Positions 43,280-53,506 of a stretch of 64,000 nt of DNA are shown here, in pieces. Below the pieces are notes generated by a model, which made no database searches, was not told the origin of the DNA, and worked only from the letters and a program-made list of their open reading frames with translations. The stretch covers positions 2,474,936 to 2,538,935 of the forward strand of contig CBDCNM010000002.1 of the NCBI GenBank assembly GCA_965219385.1. Direction: 5' to 3'. The position numbers and the translations under genes are program-made. This DNA comes from Candidatus Latescibacterota bacterium. GTDB lineage: Bacteria; Latescibacterota; UBA2968; UBA8231. Within the stretch, counting starts at the first letter, position 1. Each line of letters opens with the position of its first letter.

Positions 43280-44349
43280 AACTACTCGACATCTACCTCC
43301 TCCGCCGCTATCTCTTCTGTTTGTTCTTCAGCATCGCCAGCCTGCTGCTGCTCAGCGTCGTGGCGGACTTTATCGAGACCATTGACCTCTTCATCGACTT
43401 CGAGGCCCAACCCGACCGGATCCTGCTCTACTACCTCTACCGCACCCCCTACTGGATCATCCTGACCTTGCCCACCGCCGCCCTCCTGGCCACCATGTTC
43501 TCCCTGACCAGCCTTGCCCGGCGCAACGAGATCACGGCCATGAAGGCCGCTGGTATCAGCCTCTATCGCCTGCTCCTGCCGGTCTTCTCCTGCGCTCTGC
43601 TGTTCAGCGGCCTGGCCTTTGCGTTCACGGATTGGGTAGTCCCCGGAGCCACCTACCGCTACAATTCCATCCGCGACGAAATCCGCTCCTACAGCCGCAG
43701 TGATGGATCGCGCCGCCAGGTATTGCTGCAGGATGTGGAGGGCCGGTTGATCTTTGCCCGCTCCTACGATGCCGGCGAGAAAAGGGCGCACGATATCAGC
43801 TGGGAACAACACCGCGACTACAAAATCACCGACCGCCTGGTGGCCCAGCTTCTGGAGTGGCGCCAGGACAGGTGGATCCTGCTAAAAGGCAAACACTATG
43901 AATATCCCGCTGCCGGTCCAGTGCAAATCGCGGCCTTCGACACCCTTGCACTGTCGTCTTTGACCCTGCTCCCGGAAGACTTTGCCCGGCAACAGAAAAA
44001 GCCCGAAGAGATGGGTTACGGAGAGCTGGAGGCCTACATCAACCGGGCCCATGCAAACGGCGCAGACATCGCCCGTCACCAGGTCGACCTGTACCTCAAG
44101 ATATCCTTCCCCTTTACCTGCTTCATCATCGTCGTCCTCGGCGCCCCCCTGGCCGCCAATGCGCGCCGCTCCGGCCTGGGCAACAGCTTTGGCCTGGGGG
44201 CGCTGATCTGCTTCAGTTATTATGGCTTGGTCAAAGCCGGCCAGGCCCTGGGCTGGAACCAGGTGGTGCCCCCCCTGCTGGGGGCCTGGCTGGGCAATCT
44301 GGTCTTTGGGGTAATGAGTCTGATTCTGCTATGGCGGGCCCACAAGTAA
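43276..44349 (+). CDS. lptG: LPS export permease LptG
   Basis: LLDIYLLR, RRNEITAMKAAGISL, KISFPF, AWLGN. Confidence 0.85.
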   Translation: MKLLDIYLLRRYLFCLFFSIASLLLLSVVADFIETIDLFIDFEAQPDRILLYYLYRTPYWIILTLPTAALLATMFSLTSLARRNEITAMKAAGISLYRLLLPVFSCALLFSGLAFAFTDWVVPGATYRYNSIRDEIRSYSRSDGSRRQVLLQDVEGRLIFARSYDAGEKRAHDISWEQHRDYKITDRLVAQLLEWRQDRWILLKGKHYEYPAAGPVQIAAFDTLALSSLTLLPEDFARQQKKPEEMGYGELEAYINRAHANGADIARHQVDLYLKISFPFTCFIIVVLGAPLAANARRSGLGNSFGLGALICFSYYGLVKAGQALGWNQVVPPLLGAWLGNLVFGVMSLILLWRAHK

Positions 44350-45456
44350 TCAGGAAAGCCCCTGCTGCAGGTGGTAGATCTTCAGCTTCAGGGCCGCCGA
44401 ACGTCCCTTCCACTCCTCGAGCAGAGCCGAGGCTTGCGCTCCGGCCTGACCTTCGAGTTTGCCGCTGAATTCCACCAGCAGCTGCGCCAGCCGGGCCACC
44501 TTGTCTTCGGAGGCCCTGTGGGTCAGACGCTCGAGGTGCTTGAGCAACTCGGGCCCCATGTGCTCGTCCACCTGGTGCAGGATCTCCCGCAGGAAAGAGG
44601 CATGGCGGCGGGCAAATCCCTCGTCTTCACCGCTGCGCCCCATCACGTAGCGCAGTATTTCGATGCCGGGGGCCTGCCGCAGTACCTGATCGGCGCTGCG
44701 GGCGAATTGATGCCACTTCCTGGAATCATCGGCCGGCTCGAAGCCTTGCCGCGGATCCCACTCCGGCCGGTTGTGGCCTTGCACGAAGAGTTCGAAAAGC
44801 GGCACCTGAGGCAGGCATTCAAAGAGGGGGACCAGTGCTCCGACTCCGGTCCTCCACTCCCTCTGCAGGAGGTGATCTACCAGATCGCGCACCTGCGAGG
44901 GATGAACATGGCGGAGTTTGTGGAAGAGAATGCGCTTTGTTTCCCCCTCCCGGACGACCATCAGCGCCTCCAGCAACCGGGCCAGGGTATGGCTGTTGAG
45001 GGGGAGGCCCAGCGCGGCTTCGCGCGCCATGCGCACATTTTTGTGCAGCAGGAATTCCTGGACCTCATTGCGCTGCCGCAGACACCGCACCAGAGCAGCG
45101 CCTACCTCGGGATCTCTTTCCCGGCGCACGCAGGCCAGCAGTCTTTTCAGGCTGGACCGGGAGGATCCCCAACCGCGGTGATACCCCAAAACCTGGGCGG
45201 CTACCAGACGTCTGGGATCGCCGTCCGTGGCCAGAATGCTCCAAAGCACCTCCACGCCTTGGGCGCTTGGCGCGATCAGGCGCAGCCGTTCCACTGCCCG
45301 GGCCCTTTCCCCGGGGGAGGCGCCTGTTGCGGCCTGCGACAACAATTCATCCAGATTGTCCCGGATCTCGAGCGCGGGCTGGGGGCCGGCCTGTTTTTTT
45401 CCCCGCTTGAGCTCGGGTTCGGGCTCAGGCTCTAATTGACGGGTATCGAGAACCAT
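44350..45456 (-). CDS. Hypothetical helical (HEAT-like) protein
   Basis: 368-aa ORF with GAGG RBS filling the gap; Leu/Arg-rich helices. Confidence 0.55.
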   Translation of the reverse strand: MVLDTRQLEPEPEPELKRGKKQAGPQPALEIRDNLDELLSQAATGASPGERARAVERLRLIAPSAQGVEVLWSILATDGDPRRLVAAQVLGYHRGWGSSRSSLKRLLACVRRERDPEVGAALVRCLRQRNEVQEFLLHKNVRMAREAALGLPLNSHTLARLLEALMVVREGETKRILFHKLRHVHPSQVRDLVDHLLQREWRTGVGALVPLFECLPQVPLFELFVQGHNRPEWDPRQGFEPADDSRKWHQFARSADQVLRQAPGIEILRYVMGRSGEDEGFARRHASFLREILHQVDEHMGPELLKHLERLTHRASEDKVARLAQLLVEFSGKLEGQAGAQASALLEEWKGRSAALKLKIYHLQQGLS

Positions 45457-45692
45457 AAGACCTCACTGAATTTCTCCAGCATCTATTTCATCGGCGTTGG
45501 AAGCGGGCTCGTGCGCCAGCATAAAGTCTTCTCAAGGCTTGGGAGAGGTCCTGCCCGGCCACGTCCAGTCGCAGTGAAAGCCCCTGGATATCGGGATGCG
45601 TCTCAAACCTGAGGGGAATGGCGCAACGGGGAAAATAAAGAGGGGAACTGTATATTTTTTGTAGAGGGTTATTCAATATAATCATACCTGGT

Positions 45693-46253
45693 TCACAAAG
45701 CAAGCCCGCCATGCCCTGCCGTCACCGGATCGTCTGGCCTCCTTTTTGCAGCATGGGTGCAAAGGGATATTTTTCGCTTTTCTTTATCAATCCGCAGGCT
45801 GAAAGGATCGTTCTCATCCTCCAGGCTCAGGCGCAATACCACGTCTCCATCGATCAGGGTCTGGGCTTTGCGCCGCACCCGGTAACCCATCTCCGTGGGC
45901 AGAAGCAGGACCAGATCGAACTCCACCTCCAGACCGCCGGGCAGCACCTCCTGCGACACATCCTGCCGCGCCCCCGGTTCGACCTGGACGCGCACAATGC
46001 GCGGCTGCTCGGCATCGACCTGGTTCAGGTAGGACACTTCCACCGCGTAGATTGTCTGGTTGTCGAGCACTACCCGCCCCTCCTTCTGTTCCACTCCATC
46101 AGAAGGTGGATCGGCCGCTTTTCCCGAACCGCCGCAGGCGAGCAGCAAGCTGGCCAACAACAAAAGCACCCACCCCATCACCACCCAATCGCGCCGATAG
46201 CGCTCCAGGCCCAAAACCGGGTCCACGGCTTGGAGGGCTTGTACACTTTCCAT
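45693..46253 (-). CDS. Hypothetical lipoprotein (start uncertain)
   Basis: Hydrophobic stretch ending in lipobox LLACG. Confidence 0.55.
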   Translation of the reverse strand: MESVQALQAVDPVLGLERYRRDWVVMGWVLLLLASLLLACGGSGKAADPPSDGVEQKEGRVVLDNQTIYAVEVSYLNQVDAEQPRIVRVQVEPGARQDVSQEVLPGGLEVEFDLVLLLPTEMGYRVRRKAQTLIDGDVVLRLSLEDENDPFSLRIDKEKRKISLCTHAAKRRPDDPVTAGHGGLAL

Positions 46254-46386
46254 GACAGGGGAGAGTATAATTCCTCCCACTCATTTCAGCAAGAGTACAA
46301 ATTTAGGCTTTGCGCTCGGCGTGCGTGAAGCTTATAATTAGATATCCCACCTCTCCCGCTCCATTTTCTCACCTTCACTGTATTCC

Positions 46387-48516
46387 ATGCCCCGATTCCA
46401 CCTTGCCCTGGTACTCTTCGCGCTGTGTATCGGCCGGCCCGAGCGCGGCCTGGCCGAGCCTCTCATCCACGTGGTCAGAAGCGGCGAGACCCTCAGCCAG
46501 ATCGCCCAGCGTTACCAGGTTTCCGTTGCCCGGGTGCGCCAGTGGAACAGGCTCTCCGGCGACAAGATCTTCATCGGCCAGCGCCTCGAATTGTGGTCCC
46601 GCCATCCACCCAAGTGGTACACCGTCAAAAAGGGAGACACCCTCTCGGATATCGGTGCCCGCTTCGGCCTGTCCACCGAGCGGCTCCGCCGTCTGAACGA
46701 GCTTTCCCAGGATCGGATCAAGGTCGGGCAAAAGCTCCGGCTCCAGCCAGCGCAATCACCGGTCAAAAAACCAGAAAGCCATCGAGTCAAAAAAGGCGAT
46801 ACCCTCTCGGATATCGCGCGCACCTACGGTGTGGAAGTCGGGCGTTTGAAGAAACTGAACGACCTCAAAAGCGACACCATTATCCCAGGCCAGCGCCTCA
46901 GGCTCGCCGCTCCGCCCGACCCTCCAGGCGAAGAAGAAGAGCCGCGCGAGTACAGGGTCAAAAAAGGCGACACCTTATCGGAGATAGCCCGGCGCTTCGA
47001 GGTCGGCTTGAGGCTTTTGCGCCGGCTGAATCGCCTCAAAGGGGACCGCATCCACCCCGGGCAAAAACTGAAACTGCGTCCCGCCGCGGAGGACGAGGGG
47101 ATCCACATCGTCCGCTCCGGCGAGACCTTGTCCAAGATTGCCCGGCGCTATCGCATAAAGCTGGACCAGTTGCGGGAACTCAACGGCATCGAAAACAGCA
47201 GGATCCTGGTCGGCCAGAAACTACGCCTCAAGGCGACACCAAGCGCTATCCATATCGTAGAACGCGGCGATGCCCTGTGGGAAATCGCCCGGGCCTATAG
47301 CATGACCGTAAAGGAATTGAAGGAGTTGAACGGGCTGAAATCGAGCCGGATCTATCCGGGCCAGGAACTCAGGCTGAACCTCAAGAAAGCCCGGCGTTTC
47401 GAGAAGTATACCGTAGAACAGGGCGACTACCTGAGCGAAATCGCCCGTCTGCACCAGATGAGCGTCGCCGAGCTGAAGAAACTCAACGGCCTGAGCGGTT
47501 CGGTCATCCATCCCGGAGATGTGCTCAAGGTGCGTCCCCTCCTGGGCAGAGGCACCGAATGGCTCAAAATCTCCGAGATCAACTGGGATGGGTTGCTGGT
47601 CAATCAGGGCGGGATCCGCAAGCTCGAGGCGGCCAACGGACCCTACTACTTTACCTCCCCCAGGGCCGCGCGCCAGAAGAGCCCCCTCTACTACGAGAAA
47701 CATCCTCCCTCCCCCCTGCGGACCTACAAACAAGCCCGCAAGCTCTGGAAGGCCTTTGAACGCGAGGTCGGTCGTCTGGGCCGTCTGAGCAATGCCTTGG
47801 GGGGCTGGCACGTGGTCCTGGATCCGGGCCACGGCGGCCTGGACCCGGGCGCCGTGGTGGCGACCCTGGACGGCAACGGCAAGAAACTCTACGTGGTGGA
47901 AGACGAATACGTCTACGATATCGCCCTGCGGGTCTACGTACTGCTGCGTCTGCACGGGGCCGCCGTCACCACGACCTTGTTGAGCCCCAATCACCTCACC
48001 CGCCACACCCGCCCGCCGACCCGGACTTTTGTAAACCAGAAAAACGAGGTCTACAACAGCTACCAACTCAACAAGCGCAACACCCGCAAAAACTGGCCGC
48101 GCCCGGGCAACCTTTCGTCCCGGGTGCGCATCGCCCGCAACGCCTTTGCCAAAACCCCTAAAAACCGCTGTATCTTCCTCTCCTTTCACGCCGACAACGA
48201 TGCCCATGCCCCGGAAGCCCCCCAGGTTCTGTATTACGCGAGCAAAAACGGCCGCAAGCAGGATCTGGCTTCCAGAGGCTTTGCCCGCACCCTGCTTCCG
48301 GCTCTGGGGGCCGGAGCCCGGGCGCGCGGCCAGAACCTGGGCGTACTGCGGAACAATCCGGCCGGGGTCAAGGTGTTGCTGGAACTGCGCAACCTCGCCT
48401 ATACCAACAATGCCTGGTCCCTGCGCTTTGAGCAGTACCGCCACCGCGATGCCGAAAAGGTGGTCAAGGGCCTGCTGGACTATGCCCGCCGCCAGGGCCG
48501 CAGTGCCCGCCGCTAA
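46387..48516 (+). CDS. Seven LysM domains plus N-acetylmuramoyl-L-alanine amidase (Amidase_3)
   Basis: Seven VxxG[DE]xLxxI repeats; VLDPGHGG, LSFHAD, LLEL. Confidence 0.9.
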   Translation: MPRFHLALVLFALCIGRPERGLAEPLIHVVRSGETLSQIAQRYQVSVARVRQWNRLSGDKIFIGQRLELWSRHPPKWYTVKKGDTLSDIGARFGLSTERLRRLNELSQDRIKVGQKLRLQPAQSPVKKPESHRVKKGDTLSDIARTYGVEVGRLKKLNDLKSDTIIPGQRLRLAAPPDPPGEEEEPREYRVKKGDTLSEIARRFEVGLRLLRRLNRLKGDRIHPGQKLKLRPAAEDEGIHIVRSGETLSKIARRYRIKLDQLRELNGIENSRILVGQKLRLKATPSAIHIVERGDALWEIARAYSMTVKELKELNGLKSSRIYPGQELRLNLKKARRFEKYTVEQGDYLSEIARLHQMSVAELKKLNGLSGSVIHPGDVLKVRPLLGRGTEWLKISEINWDGLLVNQGGIRKLEAANGPYYFTSPRAARQKSPLYYEKHPPSPLRTYKQARKLWKAFEREVGRLGRLSNALGGWHVVLDPGHGGLDPGAVVATLDGNGKKLYVVEDEYVYDIALRVYVLLRLHGAAVTTTLLSPNHLTRHTRPPTRTFVNQKNEVYNSYQLNKRNTRKNWPRPGNLSSRVRIARNAFAKTPKNRCIFLSFHADNDAHAPEAPQVLYYASKNGRKQDLASRGFARTLLPALGAGARARGQNLGVLRNNPAGVKVLLELRNLAYTNNAWSLRFEQYRHRDAEKVVKGLLDYARRQGRSARR

Positions 48517-48560
48517 AAAAAGCGCCCCGGGAGTACTCTCCCGGGGCGCTTTGCTCTTTT
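48517..48560. terminator. Bidirectional intrinsic terminator
   Basis: AAAGCGCCCCGGGAG-TACT-CTCCCGGGGCGCTTT hairpin between convergent genes. Confidence 0.85.
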
Positions 48561-48588
48561 GGGGTGGTCGGCGGCAATCCGTGCGGAA

Positions 48589-48837
48589 TCAGGGCTCTTC
48601 GTCGATCAAACGCCGGGCCGCCCGCCGCACCACTTCGGGCTCCAGGCCGGCCAGCTCGCACCATGGATTGATCCGAGGGCTTTCCACAAAGGCCATTGCG
48701 GGACCGCTCTCGTACTCATCTTCCCTCCCGGTCAACTTGGAAATCTCGCGTAAGGTACTGAGAATCATAGCATTTGCCAGGCGACGATAGGCTATGAAGA
48801 TACGTTCAGTCTGGGCTGCATCCTGATCGGTTCTCAT
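48589..48837 (-). CDS. Small hypothetical protein
   Basis: 82-aa ORF ending near the terminator. Confidence 0.45.
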   Translation of the reverse strand: MRTDQDAAQTERIFIAYRRLANAMILSTLREISKLTGREDEYESGPAMAFVESPRINPWCELAGLEPEVVRRAARRLIDEEP

Positions 48838-49097
48838 AAGGGGATATCCTAGCAGGTAAAGGTTGATTCACATATTTCCCGAAAGAGACCTACATAATGT
48901 ACGGATGTACGGATTTTTTTGCAAAATTATCAATAAAATATCACCCAAACCTTAATAAAATTGCCGCCAATCTGCCTAGCCGATTCTTCTATCCCCAATT
49001 GGAGTTTGGTGAATTTGCCAGCCTCCATGGCCTGGTCGTTGACCTAGATCGTGGTTTATCCTACATTTACCCTCGTATACAGGCGAGAAAGCCCCCT

Positions 49098-50540
49098 ATG
49101 TCATTACCACTTAGAGAAACCGACCCCAAAGAACTCTGCCTCCACATCAACGCGCAATCCCCCGAAGGGGGCCTGTTTGAAGGCGACCGCACCAAGCTCC
49201 ACCCCGACAGCCGGCTACCGTGGCGGATTTCTCCCGAGCCTTTCTGGATCACCGCCGAACAACTCCAGGCCCTGGAAGAGTTGGGCCAGGTTCTGCTGCG
49301 GTTTTACCAGGCTTCCAACCTGCTCTACCAGCAAAGCGTCAAAGGCATCCAGCCGGCCTGGGTCCACCGCTACCTGGACCAGGGCAAACCCGCTCCGGTG
49401 GTCGAGTTCGGCCGCATGAACCGCTTCAAATCCCAGCTGCCCCTAGTCATCCGTCCGGATCTCCTCCTCACCGAAGAGGGCTTCCGGGTCACCGAACTCG
49501 ACTCGGTACCCGGCGGCATGGGCTTTACCGGCCACCTGTCGAGTCTGTATGGGGACGTGGGCTACGAGCTCGTCGGCGGCAGCCATGGCCTGATCGAGGG
49601 GTTCTACCAGGCCCTGACAGCCAGTACCCAGTTGGAGCAGCCCGTGGTCGCCATTGTGGTCTCGGACGAATCCGCGCCCTACCGCGAGGAGATGCAGTGG
49701 CTGGCCCACCAGCTCGAAGAGGACGGCCGTCCGGTCTACTGCCTCCATCCTCAGGAGATCCGCTTCAACGATGAGGGCCTCTTGATCGAAGTGCGGGGAG
49801 AGCTCCTGCGCGTGGATGCGGTCTACCGCTTCTTCGAGCTTTTCGACCTGAAGAATATCCCCAAGGTCGAACTCATCACCTATTTCGCCAAGAAAAATGC
49901 CGTCCGCGTGACGCCGCCGCTAAAGGCCTACCTGGAAGAAAAGATGTGGCTGGCTCTCTTCCGCCACCCCCTCCTGCAAACCTTCTGGCAGCGAGAACTG
50001 GATCGCCGCTCCATGGATGTCCTGCGCGGTCTGGTGCCCGAAAGCTGGATCCTCGATTCCACCCCCGTCCCCCCCCACGCGGTCATCCCCGACCTGCGGA
50101 TCGACGGGCACTCCGTCAACGACTGGAACCAGCTCGAGCACCTCACCAAGAAGCAACGGGAATTCGTCATCAAACCCTCGGGGTTTTCCGAATTGGCGTA
50201 TGGAAGTCGCGGGGTAGCCATCGGCCACGACCTGCCCGAGGAAGGCTGGTCCGCCCATCTGCAGGAGGCCCTCGAGCGCTTCCCTGACAGTCCGCATATC
50301 CTCCAGGAATTCCACAAATCAGCGCGCGTATCCGCCAGCTATTACGACTTTTCCACCGACCAGATCCGCTCCATGCGGGGCCGCGCCCTCCTGCGTCCTT
50401 ACTATTATACCGGCGGCGAGGAAGCCCAGTTGGCCGGGATCCAGGCCATCCTCTGTCCGGCCGACAAGAAGATCCTGCACGGCATGACCGATGCCATCCT
50501 GGTGCCCTGTGCCGTGGACCGGGGCACTTCACTATTCTGA
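49098..50540 (+). CDS. Circularly permuted ATP-grasp/glutathionylspermidine-synthase-like protein
   Basis: IRPDLL, ELDSVPGG, FVIKPSG, GSRGV, ILQEF. Confidence 0.6.
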   Translation: MSLPLRETDPKELCLHINAQSPEGGLFEGDRTKLHPDSRLPWRISPEPFWITAEQLQALEELGQVLLRFYQASNLLYQQSVKGIQPAWVHRYLDQGKPAPVVEFGRMNRFKSQLPLVIRPDLLLTEEGFRVTELDSVPGGMGFTGHLSSLYGDVGYELVGGSHGLIEGFYQALTASTQLEQPVVAIVVSDESAPYREEMQWLAHQLEEDGRPVYCLHPQEIRFNDEGLLIEVRGELLRVDAVYRFFELFDLKNIPKVELITYFAKKNAVRVTPPLKAYLEEKMWLALFRHPLLQTFWQRELDRRSMDVLRGLVPESWILDSTPVPPHAVIPDLRIDGHSVNDWNQLEHLTKKQREFVIKPSGFSELAYGSRGVAIGHDLPEEGWSAHLQEALERFPDSPHILQEFHKSARVSASYYDFSTDQIRSMRGRALLRPYYYTGGEEAQLAGIQAILCPADKKILHGMTDAILVPCAVDRGTSLF

Positions 50541-50551
50541 CGGACCAGAGC

Positions 50552-51613
50552 ATGACCACCGCTATCCCTGAAACGAGCCACAAAAGTCTGGACGACAAAC
50601 TAGAGGATCTCAATGCCATCCTGCGCTCCATGGGCCGGGTCCTGATTGGCTACTCCGGCGGGGTGGACAGTGCCTTGCTGGCCCTGGCGGCGCACCGGGT
50701 CTTGGGCGAGAACGCCATTGCCGTAACCGCCGACTCCCCCAGCTATGCCAGCGGCGAACTCGAAGCGGCCCGTGAAATAACGCGCTGCTTCGGCATCCGC
50801 CACGAGGTGGTCCGGACAAACGAGCTGGACAATCCCGACTACGCCCGCAACCCCGCCAACCGCTGTTATTTCTGCAAGCAGGAGCTCTTCACCCACATGC
50901 ATCGTCTGGCCGCCCAAAGGGGGGTCTCCTTCATCCTCTACGGCCAGAACGTCGACGATGTCGGGGATTTTCGCCCGGGCGCCCTGGCCGCCCGCGACTA
51001 TGGGGCCCGCGCCCCGCTTCGCGAAGCCGGTCTGACCAAAGAGGACATCCGCGCCCTGGCCCGGCGCTGGGGCTTGTCGGTATGGGATCGACCCGCCATG
51101 GCCTGTCTCTCCTCCCGCTTTCCCTACGGCACGCCGGTTACGGAGGCGGGCTTGCGCATGGTGGATCAAGCCGAAAAACACCTGCGGGACCGCGGCTTTG
51201 AGCAGCTGCGGGTGCGGCACCACGCCCCCATCGCCCGCATCGAACTGCCCGCCGCACAAATCCCCGGCCTGCTCCAGGACGCCGACCTGTGCGCGGCGCT
51301 GGTGCGCACCTTCACCGACCTGGGCTACTCCCGGGTCACCGTGGATCTGCGCGGCTTCCGCTCCGGCAGCATGAACGAAATGTTCCTGCCCAACCCGGTG
51401 CACCAGGACGAAATCTCCGCCAGGATCGAGGCGGCCCTGGCGACCCTGAACCTGGCGGGTGCGTTCGAACGGCACGACCAGATGGTCTGTCTCCGTCTGC
51501 GGCAAGAGGCCCTGGGGCAACTGCTGAACCCGGACAGGCGCCAGGCCCTCATCCAGCACCTCGAAGATCTGGGGTTCCGCTGGGTGGCCGCCGACCTGAA
51601 CCCGCTCGTCTGA
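50552..51613 (+). CDS. larE: ATP-dependent sulfur transferase, LarE family
   Basis: SGGVDS PP-loop, RCYFCK, DFRPG, ACLSSRFPYG, GFRSGSMN. Confidence 0.88.
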   Translation: MTTAIPETSHKSLDDKLEDLNAILRSMGRVLIGYSGGVDSALLALAAHRVLGENAIAVTADSPSYASGELEAAREITRCFGIRHEVVRTNELDNPDYARNPANRCYFCKQELFTHMHRLAAQRGVSFILYGQNVDDVGDFRPGALAARDYGARAPLREAGLTKEDIRALARRWGLSVWDRPAMACLSSRFPYGTPVTEAGLRMVDQAEKHLRDRGFEQLRVRHHAPIARIELPAAQIPGLLQDADLCAALVRTFTDLGYSRVTVDLRGFRSGSMNEMFLPNPVHQDEISARIEAALATLNLAGAFERHDQMVCLRLRQEALGQLLNPDRRQALIQHLEDLGFRWVAADLNPLV

Positions 51614-51623
51614 GCCCACAGCC

Positions 51624-52154
51624 ATGATACGCCCAATCATCCAGTACGGCTCCCGGCTCCTGCGCCAGAGATCCGCGCCCGTTGAGGCCGTGGACGCCGA
51701 AATCGAGGCCCTGATCCAGGATCTTTTCGACTCCATGAAAAGCGCCGAGGGCGTGGGTCTGGCCGCCCCCCAGATCGGGATCCTCAAGCAAGTCATCGTG
51801 GTGGATGTATCCTCGCAGGAAGCGGCCAGACCGCCCATAGCCCTGATCAATCCCAGGATCCTCCGCCGGGAAGGTTCGGTCGTGGCCGAAGAGGGCTGTC
51901 TGAGCCTGCCCGAACTCTACGGCGAGGTCAAGCGCTCCGCCACCATCCAGGTCGGGGCCCTCGATGTCCGCGGCGAGTCCTTCGAGTTCGAGGCCGGGGG
52001 TTATTATGCCCGCGCCCTGCAACACGAGATCGACCATCTCGACGGCAAGCTCTTCATTGACCACATCAGTCCCCTGAAATGCCAGCTCATGCGCGGCGCC
52101 CTCAAACGGCTCAAGAAAGAGGGCGAACAATGGGATTTGGACCACTTGGTCTGA
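51624..52154 (+). CDS. def: Peptide deformylase
   Basis: GVGLAAPQIG, EGCLS, QHEIDHL. Confidence 0.97.
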   Translation: MIRPIIQYGSRLLRQRSAPVEAVDAEIEALIQDLFDSMKSAEGVGLAAPQIGILKQVIVVDVSSQEAARPPIALINPRILRREGSVVAEEGCLSLPELYGEVKRSATIQVGALDVRGESFEFEAGGYYARALQHEIDHLDGKLFIDHISPLKCQLMRGALKRLKKEGEQWDLDHLV

Positions 52155-52372
52155 TATTCAGTACTTCACGAAATACCCGTACCTATTTGGACCTCAAGGC
52201 CGGGAGGGGGTGTTGCCGGCAGGGCAGTGGGGGCTGCAAGCAGGCGTAGCCGCGGGAAGGGGGAACGGGGCAAGAGCGCCCTGGGCCTCATAAAACGCCA
52301 GAGGCACAAGCCCCGCACGGCCGACCGCCGATTCCGTGGAGTACTGATAGTTGTACAGAAGGAAATCCGACC

Positions 52373-53182
52373 ATGGGTAAGGATGCACATCCCGAATTGA
52401 CCGATCTCGAAATCCGGCTGGCAGAACTGGAAGGCCAGGGATACACGGTGTTTCCCGGGTATCTCGACCGCGCTACTACGGCCGCAATTCGCGCCCATAT
52501 CGATCACCTCGCCGGCCCGGTCACATCCGCCGACCAGGACTCTGCGGCCAGGCATGACCTGCGCCACCCCATTCCGGGCGAGCTCATGCCCCGCCTGGCG
52601 AGCCATCCCACCACCCTCGAACTGGCCGCAATCTTGATCGGCTCACGGGACCTGCGCTTGCGCGAACAGGTTTTCATTCGCACCGATCCTTCGCCCCCGC
52701 CCTACCAACCGCTGCGCTGGCATATCGACGCGGCCTTCTGCCGGGCGGAATTCGAAGCTACACCGCGCCAGGTCTACTACCAGATGCTGCATTGCTGCAG
52801 CACGGTTTCCAGCGGGGGCGCCGCCTTCATGATCGTACCGGGCTCACACCGGCTGTCGCTCGAGGCCAGCGACGAAGCAGAGAGAGAGGGCGGCCGGAAC
52901 CCCATCCAGCATCAGACCGCCGCGGTCACCGGATTGCAGAAAAACGACGGTATCGAGGTCTGCGCCAACGACGGGGATCTCATCGTCTTCAATCCCCTCT
53001 GTTATCACGCGGCTTCGCCCAACCGGACGGAGCAACCCCGCTACGTATTCTTCACTTCATTCTATCATCCGTCGGCGGCCCGGCTGGTAGAACTGGTGCG
53101 CAGGACCCGCTACCGCGACGACTTTTCCGACTCATTGCGCCAGGGGTTGGCTCCTGAGCTTCAAGCTTTGCTCAAGTATTGA
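52373..53182 (+). CDS. PhyH-family Fe(II)/2-oxoglutarate dioxygenase
   Basis: WHID, IVPGSH, GDLIVF..HAASPN....R. Confidence 0.85.
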   Translation: MGKDAHPELTDLEIRLAELEGQGYTVFPGYLDRATTAAIRAHIDHLAGPVTSADQDSAARHDLRHPIPGELMPRLASHPTTLELAAILIGSRDLRLREQVFIRTDPSPPPYQPLRWHIDAAFCRAEFEATPRQVYYQMLHCCSTVSSGGAAFMIVPGSHRLSLEASDEAEREGGRNPIQHQTAAVTGLQKNDGIEVCANDGDLIVFNPLCYHAASPNRTEQPRYVFFTSFYHPSAARLVELVRRTRYRDDFSDSLRQGLAPELQALLKY

Positions 53183-53184
53183 AC

Positions 53185-53295
53185 CGGGAGTACTGCACCT
53201 ACATCGGCGCCGACCGCGCCCTCTCCAAACCCTGTCGTACGGACCTGCTCCTCGACGCCATACGCGAGTTGCTGCCCGATGCAAATCGGGGTTGA
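53185..53295 (+). pseudogene. C-terminal remnant of a response-regulator receiver domain
   Basis: Translates IGADRALSKPCRTDLLLDAIRELL with no start codon. Confidence 0.5.
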
Positions 53296-53324
53296 CCCGG
53301 GAAAAACATGGACCCGAGCGGATA

Positions 53325-53353
53325 TTGACAAGATCTATGACTGACCTTAGATT
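53325..53353 (+). promoter_or_regulatory. Sigma70-type promoter of tRNA-Asp
   Basis: TTGACA-17 bp-TAGATT. Confidence 0.7.
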
Positions 53354-53381
53354 CTTCTGGTCGGGTATTGCAGACTAACGT

Positions 53382-53458
53382 GGGATCGTAGTTCAGCTGG
53401 TTAGAACGCCGGCCTGTCACGCCGGAGGTCGCGAGTTCGAGTCTCGTCGGTCCCGCCA
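53382..53458 (+). tRNA. tRNA-Asp (GTC)
   Basis: GGGATCG/CGGTCCC acceptor stem, CTGTCAC anticodon loop, GTTCGAGT T-loop, encoded CCA. Confidence 0.97.
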
Positions 53459-53463
53459 TTTTT

Positions 53464-53506
53464 AAGCCCTGGAGGGTATGTTTTCTGCTTTCCAGGGCTT
53501 TTCTTT
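53464..53506 (+). terminator. Probable terminator after tRNA-Asp
   Basis: AAGCCCTGGA...TCCAGGGCTT followed by a T tract. Confidence 0.6.

Noticed and set aside
46460..47540. Repeated GTCAAAAAAGGCGA segments as a DNA repeat element
   Set aside because: Explained by the LysM domain repeats
52190..52370. G-rich intergenic stretch as a structured ncRNA
   Set aside because: I could not recognise a family motif or a convincing fold
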